Source of the DNA: Acidimicrobiia bacterium
GTDB taxonomy: Bacteria; Actinomycetota; Acidimicrobiia; Spongiisociales; ZC4RG35
Direction of reading: 5' to 3'
Assembly: GCA_965203555.1 (NCBI GenBank)
Contig: CBDBCY010000004.1
Location: 800,001 to 864,000, forward strand
DNA length: 64,000 nt
Part shown: piece by piece, positions 48,364 through 57,738 of the stretch
Layout of the letters: every line of letters starts with the position of its first letter
Numbering within the stretch: the first letter of the stretch is position 1
Notes under the pieces: generated by a model
What the model saw: the letters and a program-made list of their open reading frames with translations, nothing else
What the model was told of the DNA's origin: nothing
The model's database searches: none
Made by a program: the position numbers and the translations under genes

Positions 48364-49029
48364 GTGATCCAATCCTCCGCTTCCCCCTCCCCGACCACCC
48401 CCTTGGTGGAATTGGTCGATCTCTCCGTTTCGTTGGGCGGGGTCCGAGTACTTTCGGATTGCCGACTCACACTCCATCCCGGTGAGTGCCTGGGGGTGGC
48501 AGGACCAAACGGCGCCGGGAAATCGACGCTGCTGGCCACGGTAGCCACCTTCATCTCCCCCGCCGAGGGCGCCGGAACGGTCATGGGGGTTCCCCTCGGT
48601 ACACCCCGAACCCCGGCGGTACGCTCCCGGATCGGATGGTCCGGGCATCTCCCCGCCCTTTATCCCGACCTGACTCTTGGCGAGAACCTGACCATGGCCG
48701 CCCGGTTGAGTGGCCGCTCCGCCAACGACGGAGATCGCGCCCTCCAGAAGGTGGGATTGGGACGGGCTCGCAATATACGTGTGGAGAGGTGCTCCAACGG
48801 AATGAAACGAAGAGCCGACCTGGCCCGGTTACTGATCGGCCGGCCGCGCCTGGTGCTGCTCGACGAACCCGACGCCGGCCTGGACCGGGACGCCGCTTCG
48901 ATCATCACCCACTTGATCAGTAGAACCACCAGCCGGGGCGGCGGCGTGCTGTGCGTCTCCCACGATGCCGCCCGATTGTCGGGCTGGGCAGACCGGGTGG
49001 TGGAGATCAGGGAGGGAAGGATCAGATGA
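48364..49029 (+). CDS. ccmA: Heme ABC exporter ATPase CcmA
   Basis: GPNGAGKS, CSNGMKRR, LLDEP; operon context. Confidence 0.85.
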   Translation: MIQSSASPSPTTPLVELVDLSVSLGGVRVLSDCRLTLHPGECLGVAGPNGAGKSTLLATVATFISPAEGAGTVMGVPLGTPRTPAVRSRIGWSGHLPALYPDLTLGENLTMAARLSGRSANDGDRALQKVGLGRARNIRVERCSNGMKRRADLARLLIGRPRLVLLDEPDAGLDRDAASIITHLISRTTSRGGGVLCVSHDAARLSGWADRVVEIREGRIR

Positions 49030-49703
49030 CGGCCGGTTTCTGGAGGTCCGCATCAATCATTGCCCTGCGCGATCTCCGGGTTGAGATTCGAAGCGGAGAA
49101 GCTCTGTCGGTGGTCTTTCCGTTCGCGGTCGTAGCCACCTGGGTGGTGCCCCTGGCGACCGACGCCTCCCGGAGTTTGCTCAGGGATCTGGCTGCTCCCG
49201 TCTACTGGCTGATCTTTCTGCTGTTCGGAATGATGATCGTTTTCCGGCAGACCGCGGTGGAGACATCGGACCAAAGGCGCGTGCTGGCGCTGACGGGCCT
49301 TGACCCGGCTGCCCGGTTCGCAGGCCGCTCAGCAGCGTCGGCACTGATCCTGGTCCCGATATCGGGGACGCTGGTCTTTCCGATCATCGTGCTCTACGAC
49401 TACCGGCCTCCGTCGGGAACGATCCTGATGGTCCCAGTGATCATCCTCGCCGCGGCAGGAATATCCATGTTGGGGACCTTGGCCGCAGATGTAACCGTGG
49501 GATTGAGGGCCCGCACCAGCCTCGCCCCCCTGCTGATGGCGCCCTTGGCCGCTCCCCTCCTGATGGGCGCTTCCCAGGCCCTGGAAAGCTTGATCGCCGA
49601 ACGCGGTATCATCATCTGGGTACTGGTGCTGGTTATCGCTGACCTGGGGTTGGCCGCCGCCGGAGTCATGTCGGCCCGGGCCTTGGAGGAAATCGCTCTG
49701 TGA
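49026..49703 (+). CDS. ccmB: Heme exporter permease CcmB
   Basis: RDLRVEIRS, multiple TM segments, LAPLLMAPL. Confidence 0.85.
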   Translation: MTAGFWRSASIIALRDLRVEIRSGEALSVVFPFAVVATWVVPLATDASRSLLRDLAAPVYWLIFLLFGMMIVFRQTAVETSDQRRVLALTGLDPAARFAGRSAASALILVPISGTLVFPIIVLYDYRPPSGTILMVPVIILAAAGISMLGTLAADVTVGLRARTSLAPLLMAPLAAPLLMGASQALESLIAERGIIIWVLVLVIADLGLAAAGVMSARALEEIAL

Positions 49704-50404
49704 AAAAGAAGGTTCTCGCCACCCTGACCGTCCTGGCGTTGGCGGCGGGTCTGGCCACTGCATTCACCTCACCCCCCGACGTCTTGCAGGGTGACTTCGT
49801 TCGGATCCTCTACATTCACGTTCCTTCAGCCTGGTTGGCTTTTCTGGCCTTCGGAGTCACTGCGGTGGGAAGCATCGGGTGGCTGTTCACCCACCGGATG
49901 GGTTGGGACCGGGTGGCTGAGGCGTCTGCGGAGACGGGCGTGCTCTTCACGGCCGTCGCCCTGGCCACCGGGATGATCTGGGGAAAGCCGGTCTGGGGCA
50001 CTTACTGGGATTGGGGTGACGCACGATTGGCCACCACCGCCCTGATGTTCTTCGTCTACCTGGGCTACCTGGCACTGCGTCGCACCACGTCCGACCCCTA
50101 CCGTCAGGCCCGTCGTTCATCGGTATTGGGAGCGGTGGCGGTCGTGCAGGTGCCGCTGGTCTATTTTTCGGTGAAACTGTGGCGCACCCTCCACCAGGGT
50201 CTCACCATCCGCCCCGACGGCATCCAAATGGACGGCGCCATGGTCACGGCACTGCTGGCGAACCTGGGAGCTTTCACCTTGCTTTACCTGACTCTGATCA
50301 GCTTCCGGACCGAACTGGCCCGACTTGAGAAAGCTGTTCACGAATCGCAGGTCTCGGTCCAAAACCGTGTCACCGTCCCCCAACTGGGTAAAGCAGAAGC
50401 GTGA
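49700..50404 (+). CDS. ccmC: Heme exporter CcmC
   Basis: YIHVPSAW, WGKPVWGTYWDWGDARL (WWD domain), WRTLHQ. Confidence 0.92.
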   Translation: MKKKVLATLTVLALAAGLATAFTSPPDVLQGDFVRILYIHVPSAWLAFLAFGVTAVGSIGWLFTHRMGWDRVAEASAETGVLFTAVALATGMIWGKPVWGTYWDWGDARLATTALMFFVYLGYLALRRTTSDPYRQARRSSVLGAVAVVQVPLVYFSVKLWRTLHQGLTIRPDGIQMDGAMVTALLANLGAFTLLYLTLISFRTELARLEKAVHESQVSVQNRVTVPQLGKAEA

Positions 50405-50511
50405 ACGCCGGTTGGGTATGGGCAGCGTATCTTGCCACGGGCCTGATCCTGGCGGGCTACGTTCTCCGCCTGGTGGTCCGGTGGCGGAGGGCGACCGGTC
50501 GCCGCGACTGA
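50401..50511 (+). CDS. ccmD: CcmD-like small membrane protein (absent from the ORF track)
   Basis: GTGA overlap with ccmC and TGATG overlap with ccmE; MNAGWVWAAYLATGLILAGYVLRLVVRWRRATGRRD. Confidence 0.75.
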   Translation: MNAGWVWAAYLATGLILAGYVLRLVVRWRRATGRRD

Positions 50512-50918
50512 TGAAGGTACGCCGCTGGCCGTTTTTGATCTCGGCGGGGGTGGCCATCCTGATAGCCGGCTTCTTCCTGGTGCAGAACATCGGCAACGAC
50601 CTGGTCTACTACCTCACTCCCCACGAAGCCGTGACCCAGCGCGCCGACTTCACCGACGGCCGGCGCTTCCGGTTGGCGGGCGTCGTGGTGGAGGGGTCGC
50701 TGCGGGAAGGTAGCGATCCGCTCAGGTTCGAACTCACCGATGGCGCTTCCACCATTTCCGTCCTTCTCACCGACACCCCTCCTCTCCTGTTCGACGAGGA
50801 TGTGAACGTGCTGCTGGACGGGGCTTGGCAAGATGATCACTATCGGGCGGACGGGGCACTTGTATCCCATGATGAGAATTACGAGGCCCCTCCGGTGACC
50901 GGCGTCTCGGAACCCTGA
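50511..50918 (+). CDS. ccmE: Heme chaperone CcmE
   Basis: LVYYLTP, RFRLAGVVVEGS, SHDENY (HxxxY). Confidence 0.9.
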   Translation: MKVRRWPFLISAGVAILIAGFFLVQNIGNDLVYYLTPHEAVTQRADFTDGRRFRLAGVVVEGSLREGSDPLRFELTDGASTISVLLTDTPPLLFDEDVNVLLDGAWQDDHYRADGALVSHDENYEAPPVTGVSEP

Positions 50919-52966
50919 TGCTCTCCTTCTCCGGAACCCTGGCGGTGTGGGCGGCGCTGTTCGGCGCGGCCTGGCTGACATTGACGGCTTGGCAGGCGGC
51001 CAGGCGGCGCTCTTTCTCCGTAGCCGTTCTCCGTAGGCCGATGCTGACCATGGTCCTGGCTGCCGTGGCCGCCATGGTGGTCCTGCTCGCCGCCCTGCTG
51101 GCCAACGATTTCACTGTCTCCTACGTGGCGAACCACCATTCCCGACATACCCCTTTTCCCTTCAACATCGCCACTGCCTGGGCGGCTCTGGAGGGCTCTA
51201 TAGTGCTCTGGGGGCTGGTGCTGGCCGGTTATGCCTACTTCGTCTGGCGACGAGCCACCACCAGAAGTGGGCAGCCGGACGCCTTGGACTGGGGCGCCCT
51301 GGCTGCTATCGCAGCGGTGGGGGTGTTCTTCTTCGGATTGATGGCTACGGTGGGCAATCCCTTCGAGGTGTGCGTGGAGGCCACCTCCCGCTCCTGCGCC
51401 GTCTCCAGCGCCATACCCTTCTCCCCGGCGGTGGGGCCTGCTGACGGCGCCGGCCCCAACCCGCTCTTGCAGAACCATATCTTGATGGCTATTCACCCAC
51501 CGCTTCTCTACCTGGGCTACGTGGGAATGACCGTTCCCTTCGCCTATGGCGTCGCCGCCCTGGCCCTGCGCCGACCCGGTTCGGAGTGGCTGCGCCGAAG
51601 CGGCATGTGGACCAGGATCAGCTGGGTGTTTCTCACCGCCGGCATCACCCTGGGCGCCTGGTGGGCTTACGAGGTGTTGGGCTGGGGAGGGTATTGGGCG
51701 TGGGACCCGGTGGAGAACGCCTCTTTCATGCCCTGGCTGGTCGCCACCGCCTTCCTGCATTCCTCCCTGGTGCAGGAGCGCAGAGGAATGTTGGAGGCGT
51801 GGAATTTCGTGCTGGTGATCGGAACCTTCTCCTTGACCATCCTCGGCACTTTCCTTACCCGTTCCGGAGTGATCGCTTCGGTCCATTCCTTCACCCAGTC
51901 GGCGATCGGCCCGGCGCTTTTGGGATTCCTGGTGGTGGTGGTGGTGGGCTCGTTCACTTTGTTCGCGGCGCGCGCCCAGTTGATCTCCTCACCTCCCCGG
52001 TTGGAGTCCCTTTCCAGTCGGGAGGGGAGTTTCCTGCTCAACAACCTGCTCTTGACTGTGTATGCAATGGTGGTGCTGACCGGCACCATCTATCCGCTGG
52101 TGCTGGAAGCCTTCACCGGTTCTGAGGTGGGAGTGGGGAGGCCCTTCTTTGATCGTCTGGCCGTTCCCATCAGCTTTGCCCTGTTGCTGGCGATGGGTTT
52201 GGGACCCGCCCTCCCCTGGCGGGTGGCCCGGCCCAAAATAGTGTGGCCCCGGATACATCTTCCCCTCCAAGTGGCGTTGGGAGTCGCAGCGGTGGTGGTG
52301 ATGACCGCCACCGCGATCGGCTATGTGGTGCTGGCGGTGCTGGCGGGCAGCTGGGTGGTGGCGGTGGCTGCCTATCGCCTCTGGGCCCAGGCCCGTCGGA
52401 TCGCCGGATCCAGAGGAACGGCGGTTCACAGGCAGTTGGGAAGAGTCGTCCGGTCCGATCGAGGGTTCTGGGGAGGCCAGGTGGCTCACGCCGGGGTGGC
52501 GTTGGCGGCGGTGGCCATCGCCACCACCGCCAACCTGGGGCAAACCCTGGACCGGGTGGAGCTGACGCCCGGGGACCGGGTCGAGTTTGCCGGGTACCAG
52601 TTGCTCCACACCGGCGTGGACACTGCCAGGACGCCAAACCGTCTCACCAGTTCCGCCGCCGTGCAGGTCTGGAAGGACGACGCATTGCAGGGACTGGCGA
52701 GACCTTCCCTGAGCCAATTCGAGACCTCGGCTCTGCCGATTGCCACTCCCGGGATACATCGCACCTTCAAAGAGGACCTCTACCTGAGCCTGACCCGCAT
52801 CGACGAGCAGGGCATCACCCTGCGGGCGGCCACCGCTCCCCTCCAATGGGTGCTGTGGGTGGGCGGCCTGCTCTGCGCGGCGGGAGGTCTCTATTCGCTG
52901 GTGGGACGGAACCGTCGCCGGTCCGCCTCCCCGGCCCGGATGAAGGGACCCCGCCCGCGTGGATGA
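50918..52966 (+). CDS. ccmF: Cytochrome c heme lyase CcmF
   Basis: WAALEGS, NPLLQ..HPPLLY, WAYEVLGWGGYWAWDPVEN, SVHSF. Confidence 0.95.
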   Translation: MLSFSGTLAVWAALFGAAWLTLTAWQAARRRSFSVAVLRRPMLTMVLAAVAAMVVLLAALLANDFTVSYVANHHSRHTPFPFNIATAWAALEGSIVLWGLVLAGYAYFVWRRATTRSGQPDALDWGALAAIAAVGVFFFGLMATVGNPFEVCVEATSRSCAVSSAIPFSPAVGPADGAGPNPLLQNHILMAIHPPLLYLGYVGMTVPFAYGVAALALRRPGSEWLRRSGMWTRISWVFLTAGITLGAWWAYEVLGWGGYWAWDPVENASFMPWLVATAFLHSSLVQERRGMLEAWNFVLVIGTFSLTILGTFLTRSGVIASVHSFTQSAIGPALLGFLVVVVVGSFTLFAARAQLISSPPRLESLSSREGSFLLNNLLLTVYAMVVLTGTIYPLVLEAFTGSEVGVGRPFFDRLAVPISFALLLAMGLGPALPWRVARPKIVWPRIHLPLQVALGVAAVVVMTATAIGYVVLAVLAGSWVVAVAAYRLWAQARRIAGSRGTAVHRQLGRVVRSDRGFWGGQVAHAGVALAAVAIATTANLGQTLDRVELTPGDRVEFAGYQLLHTGVDTARTPNRLTSSAAVQVWKDDALQGLARPSLSQFETSALPIATPGIHRTFKEDLYLSLTRIDEQGITLRAATAPLQWVLWVGGLLCAAGGLYSLVGRNRRRSASPARMKGPRPRG

Positions 52967-53393
52967 CCAACCGACCGTCAAGCGGCGTCTCCGGCGGCTC
53001 TCCCCCCTGGTCACGGTAGGGCTGGGGATCTTCATACTGGTCTCGGTCGTAAACGCCGACCCTATAGCTCAAGACCGTTCCGAGCGCCTGGGAAAACAGG
53101 TGCGCTGCCCGGCCTGCGAAGGGGAATCCATAGCCGAGTCGCCCAGTTCCTACGCAGCCGACATGATGACCTACGTGCGTGAACTGATAGACGGGGGGCT
53201 GTCCGACCGGCAAGTCTTGGACCGGTTGATGGCGTCATACCCGGATTCCCAGTTACTCGATCCTCCGCTGAGAGCCGGCACTGTTCTGTTGTGGCTTGTT
53301 CCCGCCGCCGCCTTGCTGGCCGGTGCGGGCCTGGCCGTATCCCGCCTCCGCAGGCGGCCGATCTTCTGGCCGGATGGAGATCCCGGTGAGTGA
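52959..53393 (+). CDS. ccmH: CcmH
   Basis: VRCPACEGESIAES, LLWLVP. Confidence 0.9.
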   Translation: MDDQPTVKRRLRRLSPLVTVGLGIFILVSVVNADPIAQDRSERLGKQVRCPACEGESIAESPSSYAADMMTYVRELIDGGLSDRQVLDRLMASYPDSQLLDPPLRAGTVLLWLVPAAALLAGAGLAVSRLRRRPIFWPDGDPGE

Positions 53394-54174
53394 GGAATCC
53401 AAGTGGCAGCGGCGATTCGACCAGGCCTCCCGGGATCTGGAAGAGTTGGAACTGCAGCTCGCCCAGGGTGAGATACCCGCGTCAACCGGTAGGAGACTGC
53501 AAGAGACATACCGGGAGGAGATGGAGGAGGCCCGGCGCGGCATTGGGGATGCAACACCAGGAGTGGACCCCGACTCGGCGCCTGCCGGGGAGGACGTCCG
53601 GTCCACGGGATTCTGGAACCAGGGAAGGATCTTGGTGGCGGTCATTCTGGCGGCCGCCGCCTTGGCGTTGGTGGTTTCAGTGGGTTGGTTCGCCCGGCCC
53701 GAACAGCAGGTCGCTTCCGACCAGGAGTTCGATCCGTCCAGTTATTCCAACGAGACCATGGAGGCGGTGATCGCCGCCAACGCCGATCACCCCCGGATAA
53801 ACGGGATGCGCCTGGCCCTGGCAGCGCGGTATTTCCAGGCGGGAGAATTCTCGGGCGCCTTTGCCCATTACCGGGAAGTATTGGAACGCGACCCGCTCCC
53901 CGGCGAGGAGGCCGAGGCTTTGAGACGCCTGGGTTGGATGGCCTGGGCGGGTTCGGGAGAAGTTCAGTTGGCCGTCGAGACCCTGGACCGGTCCCTGGTC
54001 GTGGTCCCAAACCACCCCCAGACCCTCTATTTCAAGGCCATTGTCCTCTGGTGCGGCGCCGGACAGCATCAGGAGGCTGTTCCGCTATTGGAACGAGTTG
54101 TCGAAGCTCTGCCCGCCGAGACCGAAGTCGTCGCCGAACTGGCCGCCGCCCGGGAGGGAGAAACGTGTCGGTGA
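53386..54174 (+). CDS. TPR membrane protein (CcmI/CycH-like)
   Basis: RDLEELE..GEI, TM helix, TPR-like helices; position in the ccm operon. Confidence 0.75.
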   Translation: MSEESKWQRRFDQASRDLEELELQLAQGEIPASTGRRLQETYREEMEEARRGIGDATPGVDPDSAPAGEDVRSTGFWNQGRILVAVILAAAALALVVSVGWFARPEQQVASDQEFDPSSYSNETMEAVIAANADHPRINGMRLALAARYFQAGEFSGAFAHYREVLERDPLPGEEAEALRRLGWMAWAGSGEVQLAVETLDRSLVVVPNHPQTLYFKAIVLWCGAGQHQEAVPLLERVVEALPAETEVVAELAAAREGETCR

Positions 54175-54725
54175 GTTACAAGCCCGGCCGGGCGGTGATG
54201 GCTCTTGCGGCACTGGTGGTGGTCTCGACTGCGGTTGTCGCCGGGGTTTTTGCCTCCCGACTCTCAAACGACCCCCTATCAACCCCCTCACCGCTGATCG
54301 GCAGGCAGTCACCCATCTTGACCCTTCCGTTCCTGGACGGATCGGGGGAACTCGCCATCCCGGATCCCGAGGCCGAGGTGACCATCATCAACTTCTTTGC
54401 ATCCTGGTGCCTGGAGTGCCGGGTGGAGCATGCCGATCTGATGGCGGTGGCCGATGCCTTCTCCGGGGCGGGAGTCCGACTGGTCCAGATCGCCTACCAG
54501 GATCGCACCACAGACGCCATCGCCTTCGTCAACGAGATGGGAGTTTCACCCCTGGTCGGCTACGTTTCCGACCCCGGCAGTCGCGCAGCCATCTCATTCG
54601 GGGTTTTCGGGGTGCCGGAGACTTACGTCATCGGACCGGACGGCACGGTTACGGAAAGGATCACCGGACCGACCACCGCCCTGCAGTTGGGTGAACAGAT
54701 AGACCGCGTGCTGGGCGCCGGGTAG
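54171..54725 (+). CDS. ccmG: CcmG/DsbE thioredoxin
   Basis: SPLIG, INFFASWCLECRVEH, GVFGVPETYVI. Confidence 0.88.
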   Translation: MSYKPGRAVMALAALVVVSTAVVAGVFASRLSNDPLSTPSPLIGRQSPILTLPFLDGSGELAIPDPEAEVTIINFFASWCLECRVEHADLMAVADAFSGAGVRLVQIAYQDRTTDAIAFVNEMGVSPLVGYVSDPGSRAAISFGVFGVPETYVIGPDGTVTERITGPTTALQLGEQIDRVLGAG

Positions 54726-54748
54726 CCGGTGAACCAGGCAACCGTTCC

Positions 54749-56143
54749 CTACGGGATCAACTCGAATAGCACTCCCGGCGGTGGGGCCTGGGTCAGGTCT
54801 CTGCCGCCCACGCCCATCAGGTGGCGGTCAAAAAACGAGACCAGGTAACGGTCGACGATGGCAAAGACCTGAGCCGCGGGCATGGAACCTCGCAACCCGA
54901 ACCAACCTCCCACCGGGGAGATCGCCGGCGCCGCGGTCAGATCGCTGTGTACGGTGTTTTCGATCCCAATCCAGTAGGTGCGCCGGTTGCTGCGTTCCAC
55001 CAGACCCCTCAGCACCCCGTCATTCTCCAGTTCTCGCCAAGGGTCGGACCGAATGAACATGGAAGGCACATCCAGTTCTGTCGAGAGTTCCGAGGCGGTG
55101 ATCGGCTCGACCCACCCGTCCAGGGAGGCCACAACCCGACACCTGGTATCTACCAGACAGGTCCTGACTGCCGCTCCTCCGCCGAGAGAGTGACCGTAGA
55201 TTCCCAGGCGTTCCATATCTGCAATCCCCGCCAATGATCCGAATGGTCCGCTCACCCCCTCTTCCAAGCCGGCGATGACCATCAAGAGATCATCAGAGTA
55301 GGTCTGCAGAATCCTTATCGCCGCTACTTCGAACGCATCATCGCCTACTTCGTCCAGATCGGGAAGCGCATCGGGATCCAATCCGACCACCTCCCCGTCC
55401 GGAAATACCGTGGCCACCGACCCGTAAGTGTGGTCGACTGATATGACCAGGTACCCGTGGCTGGCCAGGGACTCCATTTGGTGCACTGCCGCGTTGCGGA
55501 ACAGTCGCCATCCGTGTGAATAGAGAATGACCGGGATCTTTCCCTGATAGGGCAGGGCTTGCTCGTAACTGTGAGCGCCCGTATAGCGGGTGTGATCGAG
55601 AAGGAAGCCCGGGATGCCCAGGGTTTCGGCCAGAGCCGGTCCCACTACTTCCAAGTCCTCGATCCAGGGACTGAGCGGTTCGGCATCCCCTGATACTCGA
55701 CCGGGATACCAGACCTGCACCATCACTCGCCGGAATTCGCCAGGATTGGCCCCGTAGTCCTCGAGTCGATCATCGCTGCGGATCTCAAAGCTGCGGGTGG
55801 CAATCTGATAGGGTCCGGTCGGCGGAGGCATTTCCACGATGGGCAGGGCCCACAGCGGAATGATCACCAGCATGATTCCGACCACACCCAAGACCGCCCT
55901 GCGGATACGCTGGTAGGACTCCAGCCGTCTCTCACCGGCCAGCAGATCACCCAGTGCCATCCCGAGGGCCACTGCGTACAAACCCCACAGTTGCCACCGG
56001 AATCCCTCCACCAGAAACTGCATCGACCCACAGGCCGACAGCACCACCGCCACCACCCCTCTGGGGAGCCGCTTGCCCTCCAACGCCGGCCAGATGATGG
56101 CCAGTACACAGGTCCCGGTAAGCAGTACCTCCCAGAGTCTCAT
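54749..56143 (-). CDS. Membrane-anchored alpha/beta hydrolase (PAF-acetylhydrolase-like)
   Basis: VQVWYP, YSHG, LASHGY..DH, GHSLGG, LDGW. Confidence 0.85.
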   Translation of the reverse strand: MRLWEVLLTGTCVLAIIWPALEGKRLPRGVVAVVLSACGSMQFLVEGFRWQLWGLYAVALGMALGDLLAGERRLESYQRIRRAVLGVVGIMLVIIPLWALPIVEMPPPTGPYQIATRSFEIRSDDRLEDYGANPGEFRRVMVQVWYPGRVSGDAEPLSPWIEDLEVVGPALAETLGIPGFLLDHTRYTGAHSYEQALPYQGKIPVILYSHGWRLFRNAAVHQMESLASHGYLVISVDHTYGSVATVFPDGEVVGLDPDALPDLDEVGDDAFEVAAIRILQTYSDDLLMVIAGLEEGVSGPFGSLAGIADMERLGIYGHSLGGGAAVRTCLVDTRCRVVASLDGWVEPITASELSTELDVPSMFIRSDPWRELENDGVLRGLVERSNRRTYWIGIENTVHSDLTAAPAISPVGGWFGLRGSMPAAQVFAIVDRYLVSFFDRHLMGVGGRDLTQAPPPGVLFELIP

Positions 56144-56200
56144 GAAACCTCAGTCACGTCCGTTGGAACCAGGAACCGTGACGGACCGGTTACCGAGTGT

Positions 56201-57055
56201 TCAGCCCGATACGGAAAGCAGCTCTTCGATGGCGCTCCTCAGGGAAGATTCACCCTGAGCACCGAACAGCGTCTGGACAATGGTCTTGTCGGCGCCGACC
56301 AGAACGGTCACCGGCTGGTAACCGACTCCATAGGCCGAAAAGATCCGCTCCTCCTGGTCCAGGCCCCACTTCACTGCTCCGCTGGTCAAAAGCTGCCCGG
56401 CTCTTTGTGAGGTGTCCGACAGGCCGGCCTTCCAGGCCGGAGCCACGAATGCCACACGATCCTGGTACTCGGTCGCCAGTTGATCCACGACGGGCAACTC
56501 CCGTCGACAAGCCGGTCACCACTCGGCCCAAAACACCAGGTAGACAGGCCGCGGTTCGGCAGAAAGGGTGAAGGTTCCACCGTTTCCCAACTCCAAGGTG
56601 AAATCGGGTGCGCCTGGACGATCATGAGCCTCGGTCGTGGTGGTCGTGGGAGCAGCCGTAGAAGTGGTAGTGATCGCCCCAGTGGTTGTCGGGGGTTGGG
56701 TGGTGGGAGCGGCAGTCGTGGTGGCGACAGTGTCCTCGTCGGTCACAACCGCCACCGTGGTGGTGACGTCCGTGTCAACCTCCTCAGCCGCCGTCGTCTC
56801 TGCTGCCACCGTGTTCGTGGTTACCGCCCCGCTGGTCGGCGCCGGATCGTTGTCGCCCAAAGCGGGATCCTCAACCCCTGAAGAAGGTTCCTCCACCGGC
56901 TGGTCCAAGGTCGACTGGGTGGTTGGCGCGGCACCGGCGCTTTCGATCTGTGGGTCCGTATCTTCCGAACCACATGCGCTCCACACCAGTCCGCAAAGTA
57001 CCCAGACAGCCAACCTCACCCGGCCAGGGGGTTGGGAAGGCTTTGTGCGGCTCAT
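56201..57055 (-). CDS. Predicted selenoprotein: TlpA-like thioredoxin lipoprotein with U-P-A-C motif (in-frame UGA at 56516-56518), 284 aa
   Basis: Lipobox WSAC, Thr-rich linker, APDFTL..VFWAEW-TGA-PACRRELP continuing in frame into 56201..56497. Confidence 0.85.
56488..56506 (-). promoter_or_regulatory. SECIS-like hairpin
   Basis: CGACGGG-AGTTG-CCCGTCG starting 9 nt after the UGA. Confidence 0.65.
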
Positions 57056-57651
57056 CAGGCGTCAGCCAACAGGGTGTCGAGGACCTCCCGGATCGCATCG
57101 GGGTTCCTGGCTCCGCGCCAAGTGGAGACCAGGGAGCCGTCGGCCGCGATGATCGCCCCGGCCGGCTGTCCTCCCACACCGTAGGCGGCGAAAACCTCCT
57201 GCTTTCCATCCAACCCCCACAGGACCTTCCCTGAAGGCAACAGACGATCTGCAACCTGGGTGGTATCTTCCAAACTCGACTTCCAGGCCGGCGCCACCAC
57301 CACGACCCTCCCTTCGTATTCCCCGGCCAACTGGTCGAAAGCGGGCAACTCCCGCCTACAGGTAGGTCACCACTCAGCCCAAAAGATCATAAGGACCGGG
57401 GTGGTCTGGTCCGAAAGAGCGAACGTCCCGCCATCGGCCAACTGCAATGTGAAATCGGGCGCCGGCGGCCCGAGAAGTTCATCCGTGGTTGTCGGGGTCG
57501 TGGTTGCAACTGTGGTTTCGGGAGAGCTGGTCACCGCGGCGACGGCCTCCGCCGGTTCACTGCTGTCCGAACCCCCGCCCCCGCAGGAGGATACGACCAA
57601 ACCAATCAGCAACAATACGGCTGTCCAAGACCAGCGCCCGCCGCGATTCAT
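57055..57651 (-). CDS. Predicted selenoprotein: TlpA-like thioredoxin lipoprotein with U-P-T-C motif (in-frame UGA at 57367-57369), 198 aa
   Basis: Lipobox VSSC, APDFTL..IFWAEW-TGA-PTCRRELP continuing in frame into 57055..57348; TGATG coupling to the next gene. Confidence 0.85.
57339..57357 (-). promoter_or_regulatory. SECIS-like hairpin
   Basis: AGGCGGG-AGTTG-CCCGCTT starting 9 nt after the UGA. Confidence 0.65.
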
Positions 57652-57738
57652 GTGAAAAAGTATAGGTGAAAGACGGTCTTTACACCGCGGGTGAAAGTGC
57701 TCACCGGATTTGCGCCGGTGGCGCCCGCCCTGGGTTCT

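Noticed and set aside
56201-57651. Treating the four short ORFs as pseudogene fragments or separate genes
   Set aside because: The stops are UGA at the identical catalytic position in both paralogs, with intact frames and matching downstream hairpins.
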